The notes under the pieces are model-generated. The model was not told the DNA's origin, searched no databases, and saw only the letters and a list, made by a program, of their open reading frames with translations. Of a stretch of DNA of 64,000 nt, positions 49,851 through 61,850 are shown piece after piece (position 1 is the stretch's first letter; each line of letters begins with the position of its first letter). A program made the translations under genes and the position numbers. The stretch lies in assembly GCA_905178155.1 (NCBI GenBank), contig CAJINV010000021.1, positions 974,449-1,038,448 on the forward strand, in the 5' to 3' direction. The DNA is from Amoebophrya sp. A120 (Eukaryota; Protista; Dinoflagellata).

Positions 49851-51613
49851 CGCTTACGATAAATCAAAAGTTGCTTGTCATGACTGCCGCACAAAGGAAA
49901 CTTTTTGGCTACAAGAAAAGCAAATTGCAATTGAGCGCGGGAGCCATTCACAAGTGGCCTGTAATCATGATAGATTGCAGCACAAAAAATGGTTCTTGAT
50001 TTTGGCTACAAGAAATGCAGCTTTCAAAGATAAGAACATTATAGGAACCAAAAGAAAATAGAAAACGAGCCATCGAGGTCAACGCATGCCTAGGCGCAAT
50101 ACCATGTTACTTAATAGCTTGCCAGTGATTATTCGGACAATGACGTCGCCGCCCATGGCCGTAGTGCCCACTGGGCGCCTTCACGCTCTGACTCGTAAGT
50201 ATATCTCAAAGTGCAGCCATGTGGCTTCTCTCCGATCATACCGCTCCTGCAATCATACTCTCCCGTCGCTCGCACCATACACATACAACATTGTTCGGCA
50301 GTAAATATATAAAGACATCTTCAATCACCCAGCATCACGCTAACGGCTCTTCCAAAACTGTAGCCGAATTTAATTGCGCTCGAAAACATACTTGGCTTCC
50401 TACAAGCATGATGCTGCAGACGGCCGGAGGGGCCGACCCGGCCACGCGAGGCCCCGGGCGAAGGCGCTGCGAGGCAGCGCGCGCCCCTTTACCACGCCAC
50501 AGTTGCAACGAGGGCCTGCGGATCCGCTAGTAGCGCCCCCGGCCCGGCGCGGTAATAATAGACAACGGGCGGCAGCGCCATCAGGGGCGCCGGTGCGCAG
50601 ATAGATTCACTGCGGCGGAGGGAGGGCCGGGCGCCCGGCGGGCATGCCCAGCCTGACGGGCGCACGCAACCCGCGGGGCGGGCGGAAAACTACCAGCCCC
50701 CGCGCGCGCGTTCGCGCACGCAGGCAGCGGGGCGGGCGCTACGCCCTGAAGCAGGCGCCCGGGCAAGTCAGTGGCGCGGCGCCGTCTTTTGTATCTATTT
50801 TTTGACATGCGTACCTAGCTACGTCCCGGGCACAGACTGGGCCCGCCCCAATACCCGGGGCCCCATCCCTGTGGAACTTCCGTGGGCTATGCACGTCGTC
50901 AAGGCCTGGGCAAACAGAGACCGCGGCAACGGGCACAGAGACCCTGCTGGCCCGCAGCCGTGAAGAAACCGCAGGGGCGCCGCCCGAGCTTTCCAGATAC
51001 TCGAAGAAGCGCCAAGCGCTCGACACTCTCGGCAAACAAGACACCGCGCGACCATCTTTTCTGATTCTCTATAGAAGAAAGACAGCAATAAGCCGCTTGC
51101 CCTACTAGAGAACTGCAGGGTTTTGGTTTCGAAGCAAACGCGCAGCGTACGGCTCACATCTCAGCCTCCAACGACCTTCAACCTCGCTAGAATCAATTGC
51201 ATCAAGCGAAACTGATGCTACTCGACGCCGATACGGATACTTATTACCAAACTCGTGTCGCTATCGCTCTGTAGTTGATCACTCAAATAATTCTGCAAAA
51301 CCAAAAAGCCGGCTGATAAAGCGGAACCGATATCATGATGATTACGACAAACTACTGTGCGAAGGCGAACAGGGCAAGCTTAGACGGTGATTCTTTCTTA
51401 CTATCGACGCTCTTTTCCATTTTTCCATACTCCAATTTTAACATCGCTTTCACGTTCGTAGAACTTCATCATACATGATACAGTTTTATTTGTCACAGCT
51501 GATGTTGCTATTGGCATTGCTGACATGGTGGACGATTCCGAAGCAGAGCAGCATAACAAGGGTCGTCTTGTTGCAGGCCAACTTCCGTGTCCACCCACCA
51601 GCTGTGCGGCTAC

Positions 51614-52921
51614 CTAGACGCTCGCCGTCGTCGTCTTGAGCTCCACACACTCTTCCCGAGATCCGGCCCACGGCACTTTGAAAACTTTCCATTTTCCCCA
51701 CTCGTTACTTGACCCGGATGTTGTTAAATCCTCGCTCTTCCTTCTTCTTCTGAAGTAGCAAAAGACCGCCTCTTCCACCGCATTGGAAATGTAGAAGGTC
51801 TGACTGACCGTTTGGAATTCGTGTTTGAAGTGTTTCAAGATTTCCTCCTCTGGTTCGTCGAAGCAAATCCGGCGGCACAGGTTCTCCTCGATCTTGGCTG
51901 GGAGAGGAGAGTAGCTGAACTTTTTCTTTATTTGTTCTTGTTCAACATCGATCATATTCTCCGTCTTGTCGATCTCCCCTTCATCATCTCGAGAAGTACA
52001 ACCTCCAAACGCAAAATCCAGTTCCAAAAAGTCGCTGTTGGAAAATTCCTCGGTCAGTATGCTGAGAAGCTCCTCTTGGTCCGTGCAGTCCGTAACATTT
52101 CTCTCCAGCAATCGCTTTCGCATCACGCGGCATTTCACTTGGCCGGTGCTGCTTGAGTCCTGTTCCAAAACCGGCTCCGGACCATTGCTGAAAACGAGAA
52201 ATTTTTCCTCTGGGAGAGCCGCTGCAGCGGACGACAAGCAGTAGCAGAGAGTGGGATTGCAGCCCCTGAAGACTCCAGCACTTTTCTCATCGTCGTCAAC
52301 CTTATTCTGCAAGACATGACAATGGTTCGAAACAGATTTCAGGGTCCTCCTCGTGTTTGACGCTGCCTCCATCTTCGTGGTGTCACCACCTGGCCCGTAT
52401 GAGTAGATGTTGCCCCAGCAGACGTGGCACGGCGGGTAGTGCCCTGCGATTTCCTCGCCGATGTGGAGCGATGGATTCTCAAAGATTAGCCGTTTCACCA
52501 ACTGCCCGCGGCTCTTCTTCTCTGTACTACGTTCAGAACTCTCGTGGTCCGGGGAATCTGCGACAATGTCGGACTGATGACCTCCAGCATGTTCCTTTTC
52601 GGGCGGACCGCCAGGGGGGTGATGCGAACGGCTATTTTCCGCCACTTTCGTCCTGCAATTCGTCAGCACCGCCCAATTCCCCGAACGAATATCCAAGCCC
52701 GTTGCGGTGCCCTGCGCTTGGTGGTCGCGGCTGCACAGGATTTTTTGCGGTTGCAACGTTGTGCTAGTCCCATTCTCCACTAGAGGTAGAGAATCTACGT
52801 CGTCGTCCTGCAATAGTGCCATATCGGAAAATTCTCTGCTAGCGTCTTCATCCCGGTTGTGGCAACAAATGAAGGGAAAGTGCGCATGGTTCGGCCGATA
52901 CAGAATCAAACAGATGCACAT
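51614..52921 (-). CDS. TANGO2/NRDE-family protein
   Basis: N-terminal MCI..I.....F.FI..HNRDE motif followed by D...GTATGLDIRSGNWAVLTN; apparently uninterrupted 435-aa ORF. Confidence 0.8.
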   Translation of the reverse strand: MCICLILYRPNHAHFPFICCHNRDEDASREFSDMALLQDDDVDSLPLVENGTSTTLQPQKILCSRDHQAQGTATGLDIRSGNWAVLTNCRTKVAENSRSHHPPGGPPEKEHAGGHQSDIVADSPDHESSERSTEKKSRGQLVKRLIFENPSLHIGEEIAGHYPPCHVCWGNIYSYGPGGDTTKMEAASNTRRTLKSVSNHCHVLQNKVDDDEKSAGVFRGCNPTLCYCLSSAAAALPEEKFLVFSNGPEPVLEQDSSSTGQVKCRVMRKRLLERNVTDCTDQEELLSILTEEFSNSDFLELDFAFGGCTSRDDEGEIDKTENMIDVEQEQIKKKFSYSPLPAKIEENLCRRICFDEPEEEILKHFKHEFQTVSQTFYISNAVEEAVFCYFRRRRKSEDLTTSGSSNEWGKWKVFKVPWAGSREECVELKTTTASV

Positions 52922-53804
52922 AATTTCAGGATGATGCTGAGAGCTTCGCTCAGGAGAAGAAGCGGTGAGTCAATGTCAAGTCTGAGTGAAAATAACCAGT
53001 GACCGTGAGATGAGCGTTGCTGGTGGGCCTCATGGGCACAAGTGCTTCTGTATCAGAAATGTTTTTCAACTTACTGCGACTTACAGAACGGGTCATCTCG
53101 TCAAGTTTTGAGTATGGGATCTGCGACGTTTTGTTCAAAAAATTCAACTTTTTCCGTAGGAAACCAACTACAGAGTAAATGTAAAATCGAAGACCTCAAT
53201 TATGCTTGCATTTCCATGATGATCTTTTTGTCCTCGAATATTGACGACATAACACTAACAGCTACGGCTCCAAAAGCTCCAGATGGAGAACAAGAAAAAA
53301 CGGTCTCAGAAATAGGTGATGCATCAAGTGTTGAACAACCTCCTCTCGTTCCACGGTTCCAGGCAAGCAGAGACGTGACTGCAGGTCTCTGGCGAGAGTG
53401 AGGACAACGGCAACGTAATGTCGAGACGGGGTCACGACGGCGGTGTTGAATTCGCTTCATGATCAGGTTCTTGGCCAGCCCAATTCAACCAATCGGCGGT
53501 AGTCCGACTTCATCTCGATCTTCGCTAGTATCATGACATTGACATTGAACTCATCTAATTTCTGATATACTAAAAAATATAAATTTGATACACGACGGAC
53601 ATCGTATTCATAAAAAAATCATATATGCTGCTTGTGAATCGTGACCAGCAGGTCGCCCGCATCCACCACAATAATTCGCTGGCATCTATTTCTAAAAGCC
53701 GCGTCATCTTAAGACTGATTTTCACTTCCCAAGAATAGAAACACGAAATTATAGCGTCCTGAAAACGGCTCAGCCTGAAACTGCTGCGCTAGACAAGCAA
53801 TCTT

Positions 53805-54370
53805 TTATTGAAACGCGAGTAATATCTGCAGCATCCCGCAGACGCGGTTCATAGCAGCTTTCCTATCTTCGTTACTTACATACAAGCTGTACAAGAAAGC
53901 AACTTTTTGCGTATCCATGACAAGGCCTTCTTTTAAAGAAAAGGTGGCGATCATTACAACTCCTCCGACGGCTTCTAGGCCGGGAAAAAACTGACAAATC
54001 GAGTTAACTAGAAACGTGAAAATAATCCCATTAGTAGAAACGAACGGATACAGGGCACCAGTGAGGCCGGTCACGACCGTGTTCTTCAGTGACATATAAA
54101 AAATTTACACTTTGCTTTCGGCATTTCGTAAACACAACTTCAAGCTGTGCTCTTGCCCCTCCTTAGCACTCTGAGAGTCTCTATCTACGGGGACATCACA
54201 AGACGCGGAGGGACTCCCTTCGCACCCAGCATTGCATCCTCTACACACTTTTCAAACATCATGATAATTTTGGCAACTGACTTATTTCGCCAATAGAAGA
54301 TATTTTTTCGCCTCTCCAACAAAGTGCGCGAAAGTATGCGGGGCTGCAACATAAGTAAGTACAGCATCAA
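53805..54370 (-). CDS. Possible hypothetical protein exons
   Basis: ORFs 54185-54370 and 53805-54095 have protein-like composition; no motif recognised. Confidence 0.3.
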
Positions 54371-54426
54371 TTATTTTCAAAAACTCATCAAAAAAAAAAG
54401 GCGACAGAAGATATAATCTCTCGTCT

Positions 54427-55920
54427 TCAATACAAAATCAGGCTCGAGAATCCGCCCGGCGGCACTCGCACGCGTTGCTCTTCCACCTCTGCCATCACCT
54501 CTGGTGCGCGGCCAGGCGCCGGAACTGGCGGATCGTTGTCAGAGCCCGGGTATTGCTGGTACGACCTGGAAAGATGGCAGCTGCTGGGTGTTCAGATTTC
54601 CCACTCAACACAGCCACGTAGACGTAATAAATTGCAACAAGTCTTCTACTTTCATGGATACTACTCGCTCACCCCCTCCCCCTGTGGAGAAGTGGACGAG
54701 CCGAAGACATTGACATCCACGTCCAACAAAGTTGAAAACAGCAACAAATTCATTTATTAATTCAACACCTCAGCTCCTCGTCGTGTTCCAGAAAGCCTCC
54801 CCCCGTGTGCGGCTCGCTCCTCGCCGGCGGAGCCGCTCGCAGTAGGTCTTGACCCGGGTATTGCATGGGTGGCAGGCCGGTGCTATATGGGTCTACGGCG
54901 GAGCCTGTGAGGAGGATGTGTTGTTGGTCGTTTTTACTGTATAGTACGCTGAGATTTTCATTTTGGTGATGCATGTGCATGTGGAAAAGTGACTTCATAT
55001 GGTTCGACGCTGCAAAAGCCTGCAAAATCATAAGTTCCACCTAAAAAAGCCTTCTACTCCAACCTTCGACGTCCATGTGCGGCAGCGACATGGGCTGACC
55101 GGTGGGTGGGACAGCGAAACTGGGCGGCATGCTGTTGTAGCCCGCGCGTAGGTCCTGGTGCGCGTGGTCAGCTCCTGCGCCAGGCTGTTGACCGTTTTGA
55201 AAGTCCGGGTACACATACTGGCTGAAGTTACGGCTACTTGGGGGTGCGGGGTAGGACATCGGCGGCCCGTTTCCGCGGTCTTGCGTCATGTAATTCATGG
55301 GGTAAGAGCCCGGCTCCGACCCGCTCGATACTGTTTCCTTGCTGCTTGTCCCGTGGGACATAGCGGAACCACCTGCTCCGTGGTAAAAAGAACTACTCCC
55401 CGGTGGCTGCGGAGGTGCCGCTGGTACTCCTTGTTGGCGGGGAAAAGTACCACCCTGCTGCTGCGGCCCGTGATGCGAGATATGATCCTGATGTTGGTGT
55501 GTGATTTTAGATTCGGTGCACCAGCTGGAAAAGCGAATCCAGAGTAAGTACAACACCTGAGTCAGGGATAGTGGTGCACTGGCACCGCTCCCGCAAAAAA
55601 TGAAAAATCACAACGCCGTCAGCATGAAGTGCGAAAGTAAGTTCTTGGACAAGAAAAACAATCGCAAGGTGTACTGTGGAAGCGGGGCCACGGTAGTACG
55701 CCGGTGGTTCTGCTTGGTTTGCGTCCAGCATATGCTGCGGCTGCTGCGCGTTGACACTGTGCCCGATGCGGTCCTGCGCTTGCAAGTACTGGGCGTAGTT
55801 GGTATTCTGCAACACCGGCGTTTCCTCGTAGCCCCCAAAGAGCCGATCCTTCGTGTCCTGCGTGTGCTGTTCGGGAAACCGCGGCTCTACAATTCCCGGC
55901 TCGCTGGTGTCCTCCGGCAT
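54427..55920 (-). CDS. P/Q/G-rich protein ending in a PPGG-SS motif (SPIRAL1/Jupiter-HN1-like microtubule-associated motif)
   Basis: Exons within ORFs 55507-56031, 55041-55556 and 54762-55040; terminal exon reads RVRVPPGGFSSLILY*. Confidence 0.55.
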
Positions 55921-56137
55921 CTCGCAAACCGGACTACTTCCTTCGGGGATGACAACCTGTTTGATCGAATTTGATTTTAATATCCACGAATGATAGCGTG
56001 ATGGGTACCGTTCTGCAGCACAGTGTCGCATGAAAGTCCTTTCAATGGGTCTGCCGCCATGCTGCGTAAGGTTTTGCAGGTCGGTACTATGAAGCTGCGT
56101 TTATTATTTTGTAGCCCTTTCTATCGGATACGGATGC

Positions 56138-57877
56138 GGCTTCAATGGTCTACTTCAGGTGCAACTCGCGGGAAGCGTGTTGATCTTAGTTTCTGTTGGA
56201 CGTCATTCAGATTCGTATCAATACCTATACCGACCACCACCGCTATGCGAAGAGAAAGGGGCGGTGGTATCACATTCTTGCACAGTTTGGCCTTGTTGTG
56301 GCTGCGACTTCGTTTCTCGAAGATACTGAACCAAAAAATCTTCGAAGAACGACTTACAACTAAACATCTCCAACAGCAGGACAGCATGGATTTACATTTA
56401 AAATGTAACGCGATGCAAATTTTTCCATTTTGAAATGTAACAATTCATCAGAATAAGATTTTTTCGAAATACAAATATTAGCTATTATGCTTGTGTGGTG
56501 TTCTTGGTGCCGATCCTGTTGAACGCAAAGGCCGATCGCTGGTCGCCCCGCGATAACTCCGAATTGTATACGCACGAGGTGGTATGTATCCTCTCCAAAC
56601 GACAAGAGTCAGAAAATGACGAAAATGAAAGAGAAAGCATGGGCTTCAGAACGATGACTCGTACCTGATTTCTTTCGCCACTGGGGCCGCTAGAAGAATC
56701 AGCAACGAATAAATAAGGCTGTGCTGTTGTTCTAAGGTACTTTTTTATTTGAGGTTAAGGTTTGGGTTTCTTTTGTTTCGGTACTAGGTGTAGGAAATGC
56801 GTCCGTCTACTTTTCGACTTGCTTACCACTGTGCTCGTCTCGTCTTATCACTTGTCTCGGTACTGGAAAATTGTCCGGTCATCATGTCCTCGGTGGTTGA
56901 ACATGAATCTGATAACGGGACAACGGCAAAGCCAAAGCTTTTCCAGGACGTCGACTCGCGGGACGTCGAGCAACTTCAAAAAAGCTTACGAACACCGTCT
57001 CAGCGGGCTTTGTGGAAGCACATCGGAGAGATTTCCGCATCGTCAGAACAAGCAAAGGACAAGATCAAACCTGCGCCGTTGCTGCTGCGGTCGAAGAGAA
57101 AGGCCGAGCAAGCGGGTCAAGACCATTATGATGAGCAAGACGTCCAGTTGCCCTTGTGGGCCCTGTACCTGCTCGAGGGAGCGCGCAAGAGGCAGCTGGT
57201 TCGTGCTGCGGGTCTACAGCTGCACCAGAACAAAGCCAGCGGGTTGGTGGATGTTGAAAGAGTCGCAGACCGACATGGAGATGAAGCTGGCGCTTCATCA
57301 GGAGGTGCTGTCCCTCACTCGCGAATTGGCGAATTCATCCCCTTGATTGTAACACCACCACCCGCAGCACAAGCAAAGCAGAGCCAGAGGTCGGCGTCCA
57401 GCACAGTGGCAGATCCTAAGCTGCAGGAGCTACAACATCGTGAAGAAGATATAGAAGGGGAGATTATCACGACACCACATCAAAACGTGCAACTACTTCT
57501 AGAACAACGAGCAAAGGCTATTACAATGAAAAATGCCCCCACCCCCGAACTTGAAAGCATTTGTATTGCAAATCTTTCCAAATGAAACATTCGCCCTCTT
57601 GCGTGTATCAGCATCACAGATTTCCGATCGTGAATAGCAAAAATTTGTATTGCAAAAGATCCCAGCAAGAGCGGTGCTTGTCATGCAAGCGATGCGAAAC
57701 ACGACTAGAATCTGCATCAGAAAGATTCTTACTCCTTTCATGCATGACAAAAAGCTTTCATTTGGAAACTTCGCATCACAAATTGTTGCAATTGCAGGGG
57801 TGGGGGGCATTTTTCACTGTGATAAAGGCAGTGGCTTCAATGGTCTACTTCAGGTGCAACTCGCGGGAAGCGTGTTG
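56138..57877. repeat. Perfect 45-bp direct repeat pair (56138-56182 and 57833-57877)
   Basis: ggcttcaatggtctacttcaggtgcaactcgcgggaagcgtgttg occurs twice, 1695 bp apart. Confidence 0.95.
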
Positions 57878-58028
57878 GTCTCGATCATCGCACCTCAGTT
57901 GTACTACGGCGACCTTCGCGTTCTCCCGGGTGCCGCAAACTAAGTGGTTGTCAGAGCAGCTGGAATGCGCCATCATGATCGCATCCGGAAATAATGGTCT
58001 CGCGGACGCACCTACTTCGGCTTTCTGA
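56797..58028 (+). CDS. Hypothetical protein; the only plausible plus-strand gene; one introner intron
   Basis: 262-aa ORF joins the frame of ORF 57561-58028 (EQRAK|AVASM) after removing 57519-57824 plus one TSD. Confidence 0.5.
57519..57824. mobile_element. Introner family H (poly-C TIR), 306 bp
   Basis: TSD aaggc; TIR tattacaatgaaaaatgcccccacccc. Confidence 0.9.
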
Positions 58029-58201
58029 AAGTGTATCGTCAAAGACGCTGCAGCATGAAAAGAATGCGCACTCCGTCGTGCGTAACATTCTCCACGATGG
58101 AGGGCTGCGACGTCTTCCATCTCTGCAGCTGATTCCATGCTGCGTTACATTATGCACGAGGGCGCCATGACATCGTAATACTGAGGCTAATAGGGCCCCC
58201 G

Positions 58202-59306
58202 CTATGAATGGAGACAGTGACACCACATCAAAAGTACTACTTCTCGCACAACTACATCTACAACAGCAACATCAAGCATTACAAAAGCAACAATAAATAC
58301 GATTTCCTTCGAGAACATCTGCACCCCGTCTTCCAGCCGCTCCTTCTTGTCGACGAGCTCCTTTTCCCGCTTTTTCTGACTAGCGGTCTCGATCCGGATG
58401 GGGAGTTTGCGCATCTGCTCGCTTACCTCGTCCAGCTGGGTCGCGAACCACTCCAGTGTCAGGATTCGCTCTTTGTCCCCGACGAGTCTGCGTGCGGTTC
58501 ATGTGAAGATGTTCTTGTTGATGGGACATCTTCATCACGAATTAATAGCACGACTGCAGCCTCAAAAATCTCGATCAGGATATCCTGCAGCCGCGAGCGG
58601 GGCCTGTCATCTTCACAAAGTAAAAATGTCGATCGTTCCAGAAGTATACCTGTATCCATCCGGAATCTTGATCTTGTTCGCTTCGGCTTCTTGTCGTGCG
58701 AGTTCATCTTCCTTTTCTTGCTTGAATTTCTGCAAATACCGCGGAATCGCTCCCGGCGCGTGCATCTTCTTCGGCCTGGTTGCTTGCGACGCGGCCACAG
58801 ATGAGGGTGCTTCTGACATGGTGTCTGGTGTTTTCGTTTTTGAATGATAATGGAAGATGCGACGACGTCAACATCTTGATGTGTCTGTCGCATCGAAAAA
58901 CTGCAGCGGTTCTGCCACTTCTATTTGACTTCCTTGTAACCTGTATACTGATCGGTGATCGAGGATCCGATCATATTTGTTCGTGAAAGAGTTTAATAGT
59001 AGTACCCATCGACCTCGGTGCCGCAGCAGCCCTTCCCGTGGCGACCCGCCTCACGCCGTTCCGCGGCACTGCCGACGCTGCACTACCTCCACCTACCCGC
59101 GCAGCAGCCGGTGTGGCCATGGAGGACGGACCACTGTAGCTCTGCTTCGGCCTGGCTGCTCCACTTCCAAATCCTACGAGTGGTGGAGCGTCAGGTGCGC
59201 CGTCCATTGGCTGCACTTTAGCGGTTTGCTGTGCCTGCTGGAGCATCATCTCTCGAAACGCGGACCGGGGTCCCGATGCTGCGGCCATCGTGAGCCAGGT
59301 GCTCAA
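58202..59306 (-). CDS. Enkurin-domain-containing protein
   Basis: H.PGAIPRYLQKFK.E..........KIPDGYR and C-terminal MRKLPIRIET.SQKKREKEL....LEDGVQMFSKEIVFI match the enkurin domain pattern. Confidence 0.8.
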
Positions 59307-59975
59307 ATACTTTAAAGCGAGAGGCTTGGTGCATGTGATACGAATAAACCGAATGAAATGAAGTGGGTTAGGATTCTTCCTCCCGTTTACTCCCTATTCC
59401 TTGCAAATGACGAAACGAGGACGGATATGACAAACACACTCAGGAGAAGAAGAAAAATCGAAAAAGAGCCGCGAGATCTCATTATTTATGTGTCTGATCG
59501 TCACCGTTCCCGTTTGTCTTTTTAATGCGTTTGGATGCAGCGCAGCCAAAGGCCAAGTTCAAACCTGGTTCACTTTTGCAGCCGTTTTTGTCTCTCAAGG
59601 CATGTTTTTCAAGAATCAGATTCGACACTGATACTCCACTCACTGGACCTATTTTCGCCGCACTGGGTTTGATCGCTCTGCAAACACATCACGACACTCA
59701 CACATATTTATTGTTGCGGCTGTAGGGTAGTTCGCCAATCGCCTCCTTACCACGGAACGCGTTTGACCGGAAATCAGCATTCCTTCTGCATTCTTCGCAA
59801 TGTAGATGTACGGACAAAAACACGCGTGACCATTACTTTCTCCAACATCAGACCTCAGATCACAGTCTGACAGCCGCTGTACAAAAAATCGCATTATTTG
59901 TTTGATACAGAGTGGCGGCATGAGCAGTAAATTCATTTCATCTTCCGAGGCCGGATTAAATGTAGGGTAAAATGT

Positions 59976-60450
59976 TCAGGGTACAAATAACATATCCGGT
60001 ACTTCCGAGCTATTCGAGGCCTGATTAACATCAGAAGCCACGGCGCACTTCAGCTCAATCACGTTTGTTTTCTCCGCGCAGGTAAACGATTTACCTTTAC
60101 TCAACCGCAACCAGTAGGGGTTCCGCAGCCAGCGGGTCTGCATCAAGTCATTCGGCACACACGTCCACTCAAACAGTTGACTCTGTTTTCCCCATGGGAA
60201 ATGCTTACTGCAGACGCAAAAGCCTTCCCATTTGCCTTTTACGTTGGTGCACACCGTCCCATGCATGTCTTTCGGGTCGGTCGCGTCCTGTTGCATGGTG
60301 CTCGCAGCCTTCGCAGCCTCTTCCTGCTCAACGTCCGTCGTGTCGGTAAACTCGGCGTCGAACGACATCTGGCCATTTTTCACGTCCTCCAACGCAACCG
60401 TGACCACGATCACGAGGAACTGGAGGAAGAGGATAACCCCCCCCCCTCAG
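59976..60450 (-). CDS. Hypothetical Cys-containing, possibly secreted protein
   Basis: Hydrophobic stretch (VILFLQFLVIVVTVA) followed by a 145-aa ORF with spaced Cys and Trp. Confidence 0.4.
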
Positions 60451-61850
60451 AAGAAAGCTCGACGAGTACAACATACTGCGGTATGAGGACTACTTGAAGT
60501 ACTAGTTTCCTCTCCAGACAAGTACTAGTTGTCGCCAACACTTCTAGAAGCAGATAGATACTCTTGTATGAGTATGTAAGTAGTGGAGTCAAGATTTCAT
60601 GTGTTCTCTCTTGCAAATTCGATAATGATGAACAGAAAGGCTGTTTTAAAGAGCGCAGCTTCAGCACTGGAAGTACGAAAGCAGCACCATGTAGCAAGCT
60701 GCTTGGAAGTGTGATCTTTCTTTTTGTTTTCCCTTTTTCTTTTACGGATCAAATCCGTCCTTTTCGAGACATCGACATGGAATTGCTGATGAAGGTTTTT
60801 GAATCCGCAGCGGGGCAAAGACGGCATGTACTTTACTACGCGCTAGCGGACGGGTTCATACCAGAAATTGTTGGACTGTGCCACCGTGGATAACAGTGGC
60901 GCTGTGTTGTACTGAAAAGTGCTTCTGGTATAGGATGAAATCAAAAGCAACATAATACACCACATCGAAATCAAAAGGATATTTTGCGCGTGGTAAAAAA
61001 TCGCGTGAAGCGTTCGTTTGCAGCGAAAAAGTTTCAATCTACGAGTACGTAGTATCCAAATGATGGGTGCGGCTTCACTTTCATGTATAAACAGATGCAT
61101 GTCTGATGCGAGATGAAATAACAAACGTGATTTTTTCTCTATCCAATAACTCGATCTGAAGAACTTAGCGTACTCTGATCAGAGTAAAAAATCATGGGCG
61201 CCATAGCGAGAATTGTAATTTTACCAAGAGCTGCCGATCGTGTTGCAGACACCAGAATTGGTGCTACACAGCGAACCGACAAGCAATCGGCGAAACCACG
61301 CATCCCGGCACCGAAGAGAGGCACCATAAAAACTCTACTCTGAAGACTTTATTTTCCAATTTGCGCAGGGTGAAACTACGTACTAGAGTGTTGCTGGCAA
61401 ATGAAGGGCTAGAATCACCTACCATAAGTACTACTTCAGAATAGCGTGATTACGAAAAATCCTCTACTGGACATAAAAATTTTCATCCAAAGAGACTTTG
61501 AAGCAGAGCATAGGTGGCTTTTTTCCCAATTTGAATGTACTACGTACGTGAGGTGCATGACCTGACTAGTACCACCGTTCTATGTATAAATTTGTTTTTT
61601 CAAGTTGCGCGTGAGGTGAAACAAATTTGATTATAGAAATTGAACGTACTACGCTCGTTGTCCCAAGTAGGACCAGAACCATTCTCCTTGCGGGATCATG
61701 GACAGTGTCTGATCTAGGACATCTTTATTTTTGAAGTCGCCGTGCGATATTTTCCTTCTTGCTTCGACTGTAAAAGTTTCGCGAAGATGACTGCATCTTC
61801 ACAAACTAAGGAATCATGTTTGACGATGGCACCAGCGGCGCTGTCGCGGT

